48,368 nt of DNA, from positions 1 to 48,368 of the forward strand of contig CAZPRK010000001.1 in assembly GCA_964589485.1 (NCBI GenBank), written 5' to 3'. This document shows positions 45,774-48,368 of the stretch, piece after piece. How positions within the stretch are numbered: position 1 is the first letter of the stretch; every line of letters starts with the position of its first letter. The notes beneath the pieces are model-generated. The model made no database searches. It was given only the letters and a program-made list of their open reading frames with translations, and was not told the DNA's origin. The DNA is from an uncultured Methanosarcinales archaeon. GTDB lineage: Archaea; Nanobdellota; Nanobdellia; Woesearchaeales; CAYSVS01. Both the position numbers and the translations under genes were made by a program.

Positions 45774-47593
45774 CTAAGAACATTTAACCCAAGAACCTAA
45801 AACTGATTCAGAAGATAATAAACTTGTTTTTAATAATTCACTTGCTATTGAATTTTGGTTAATATTTTTCCAACCTTTTCCTTGATCTCCGTTTGGTAAA
45901 GTTCTATCATTTGAATCAACTGCTGAAAAATCAAAAACATAAATCTTATCAACATTATTTTTACAAACATTTCTGTTATAAGTTTGTAAATTTTGATCTA
46001 AAATTGCACCTAAACTTACTAAATTCCATCCACGTTTCAAGTTACTAACTCTATATTCGTTTACAGCCGGCATTTCAATTTCACAATCTCGAGTTGATTT
46101 AATCCAAAACCCTTTACCTCTAGGTATTCCATTTGTAAAATGATTTAAAAATTTAGAATTATCTTTTCCATTTGTATAACTATACCAAATATTATCATAC
46201 ACCCATAATTTATAATCTCCACAATTATTAAATTTAGAAATTAAAATATTTTCATTAGCTCCTAATAAAGCCCAACTTTTAGGTAAAGTAAATTTAATAT
46301 CTTCAACACAAGCTCCATCGATACATTTCCCATTACATTTTGACCATTGTGTTTGTGCACTTCCACTTGTACAAGTTCCTTCCCTTAAATAAAATCCTGC
46401 ATCGTTTTCATAACATAAATCATCTAAATAAGCTTCTTTAAATTGATCTTGTAAATAATAACTATAACTTACTCTTCCTTTAGTTTGTCTTGATGTTCCA
46501 TCAGTATCTACACAAGATCTACTACTACTAGGAGTACAACCTTCATCTACTATTGTATCTCCACATTGATTATTTTTTCCATCACATAACTCAGGAGCAC
46601 CTGGATATACTGAACTTCCATCAAAAGGGTTATCATCACAATCATTAGTTCCTTTTGAACATATTGCTGGACTTCCTACTATAATTGCATTATCTGAACA
46701 ATATCCGTCATTATCAGCATCACAACCTTCATCAACTAACCCTTGCCCAGATCCAGAACATTGATTATCTACATCATCACAAATTTCAGGAGCACCGGGG
46801 TATACTTTGTTATTATTATCATTACAATCATCTCCGCAAGGAGAAGCTTCATGTCCATCTCCNNNNNNNNNNNNNNNNNNNNNNNNNNNNNNNNNNNNNN
46901 NNNNNNNNNNNNNNNNNNNNNNNNNNNNNNNNNNNNNNNNNNNNNNNNNNNNNNNNNNNNNNTACTACATTGATTATCTATCCCATCACATAACTCAGGA
47001 GCTCCAGGATAAACTTTAGAATTATCATCATTACAATCAACTTTATCTCCGCAATTTTTGAAAAAACCATCTTTATCTGAATCCACACAAGGTTCTTTAT
47101 CACTTAAAATTACTGAAAAATCGAAATTAGAATTTTGATATCCAAAAATTTGAATTTGCAAAGAACTTAAGCCACCCTGAAATAATCCATTAGAAGTTTG
47201 AGCTCCATAATGTTCTAATTTAAGCTTCATTACATTACCTGCACAACTAATTAGTGTAGGTTTTCCAACATTATATGAAGCAGTTAAAGAATTAAGTGGA
47301 CTAGGACTTGTACCTAAACTAACTTCACAATTTATTAATTGTTTTGGAAAAGTAATTTCAACAGTTGTAGAAAGCACAGTATTAGTAAATTTTGCATAAG
47401 ACTTACCTTTAACATCTAAACAAGTTTCATCACTACAAATTATAGAACTAACTGTAGTTTCACCAGATCCATCCTTACTTGTTATTTCTCGTTGCAATTG
47501 AAATTCTTTAACAGATTTCATATCAACAGTAAAAGCACCTACAAAACTACTTAAAAGAGTTATTAACAACAACGACATAATTACTTTCTTCAT
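45774..47593 (-). CDS. Secreted protein with MopE-like putative metal-binding repeats, split by an assembly gap (joins ORF-track 46769..47608 and 45774..46202)
   Basis: ATG 47593 (ATGA overlap), signal MKKVIMSLLL. DCNDDNSKVYPGAPELCDGIDNQC occurs before the gap. After the gap the 45774 frame is open from 46862 with two more such repeats. Confidence 0.8.
46863..46962. other. Assembly gap (100 N)
   Basis: Run of Ns inside a repeat-coding region. Confidence 0.98.
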
Positions 47594-48368
47594 CCGCATA
47601 ACACCCAAGTTCCTAAATGTGAATTTATATTTGAATTCATATTAGATTCTTTTCCTAAATTAATTTTACTCCATCTAGTTTTACCAAACTTTTCTTGTGA
47701 AGCAATAACATCTATATTATTTTTATTATCATATATCCAAGCTTTTAATTGTTTATTTCTACATACTTTTTTATTTACTGTAATCAAATCTTCATCTAAC
47801 AATGAACCAAAATTAATCAAGTTCCAACCATTAGGTAAATTGTTTGCTTGATAATCTTTATTTAATGGAATATTAATTTGACAACTTTCTTTAGATAACA
47901 CCCAAAAACCTCTTCCTTTTGGTATTTTAAGACCAAACTTTTGAATATACTTGTTATTATCAGCAGCACTAAAAGAGTACCATTGTCCATCAAATAATTG
48001 AATTTTATAATCACGACAATCTTTAAAAATTTCCAAACTCAATTCTTTATTAGCTCCCAATAAATGCCATCCAGGATCTAATGTAATTAATTTATCTGAA
48101 ACGCATTTTCCATTTGAACATATACCTGAACATTTTTTAAAATCATTCTGGAACTTATTACCATCGCAATATCCTTCTACAGCATAATGTCCATCTTGAT
48201 TTTGATAACATGAATCTATTATACTTTCTTCTCGATCCCCAGTTGAATATGCATATTTATAATTAATTTCACCTTTATTAAAAATATTATTTCCATCGCT
48301 ATCGGAACAAGAAACATAATTAACTTCAGATAAATCAGGAACAAATTCTACATAAATTTCAAATACTT
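47590..48368 (-). CDS. 5'-truncated paralog of the 45774..47593 protein (C-terminal part only)
   Basis: The frame stays open past TTG 48060 to the window edge (...CSDSDGNNIFNKG...CSNGKCVSDKLITLDPGWHLLGANK...). It shares 'IPxGxGFW' and 'GWNL' motifs with the downstream gene. Confidence 0.8.
   Translation of the reverse strand, partial: VFEIYVEFVPDLSEVNYVSCSDSDGNNIFNKGEINYKYAYSTGDREESIIDSCYQNQDGHYAVEGYCDGNKFQNDFKKCSGICSNGKCVSDKLITLDPGWHLLGANKELSLEIFKDCRDYKIQLFDGQWYSFSAADNNKYIQKFGLKIPKGRGFWVLSKESCQINIPLNKDYQANNLPNGWNLINFGSLLDEDLITVNKKVCRNKQLKAWIYDNKNNIDVIASQEKFGKTRWSKINLGKESNMNSNINSHLGTWVLCG

Noticed and set aside
46769..46862. C-terminus 'EMDMKLLLAEM...' of ORF 46769..47608
   Set aside because: Frame artefact of the 100-N gap; the true frame after the gap continues to the stop at 45774
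46685..47019. Three short plus-strand ORFs spanning the Ns
   Set aside because: Open only because of N codons, and antisense to a real gene

Overview
AT-rich archaeal chromosome fragment, most consistent with a DPANN archaeon (Woesearchaeota/Nanobdellota-like). Evidence: archaeal RPA, BRE-TATA promoters, GGTGA-type RBSs, class III signal peptides and Cys/Asp-rich surface proteins. It has four parts. (1) 250-10100: a divergent cluster of secreted/membrane Ig-like and CARDB proteins around a small unannotated ribbon-helix-helix regulator; two carry a cytoplasmic DUF5752-like tail. (2) 10134-16521: a PlsC/GPAT-type acyltransferase converging on a minus-strand run of rpa, a PyrB-PyrI-PyrE triple fusion, an M20 carbamoylase and pyrF. 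(3) 16566-45719, the highlight: a ~29 kb co-oriented, mostly translationally coupled locus with 16 class III (type IV prepilin-like) signal-peptide genes, including an uncalled 36-aa ORF, plus an uncalled 40-aa membrane micro-ORF and 4269-aa and 1227-aa repeat-rich adhesin-like proteins. The pilin-like proteins carry a GH73/FlgJ peptidoglycan hydrolase, a possible degenerate Amidase_3 domain, a glycine-zipper segment and defensin-like Cys heads. This suggests a pilus-based apparatus for contacting and breaching peptidoglycan-walled (bacterial) cells, which is inference. (4) 45774-48368: two tandem paralogous secreted proteins, one broken by an assembly gap. No tRNA, rRNA, CRISPR or mobile element was recognised.
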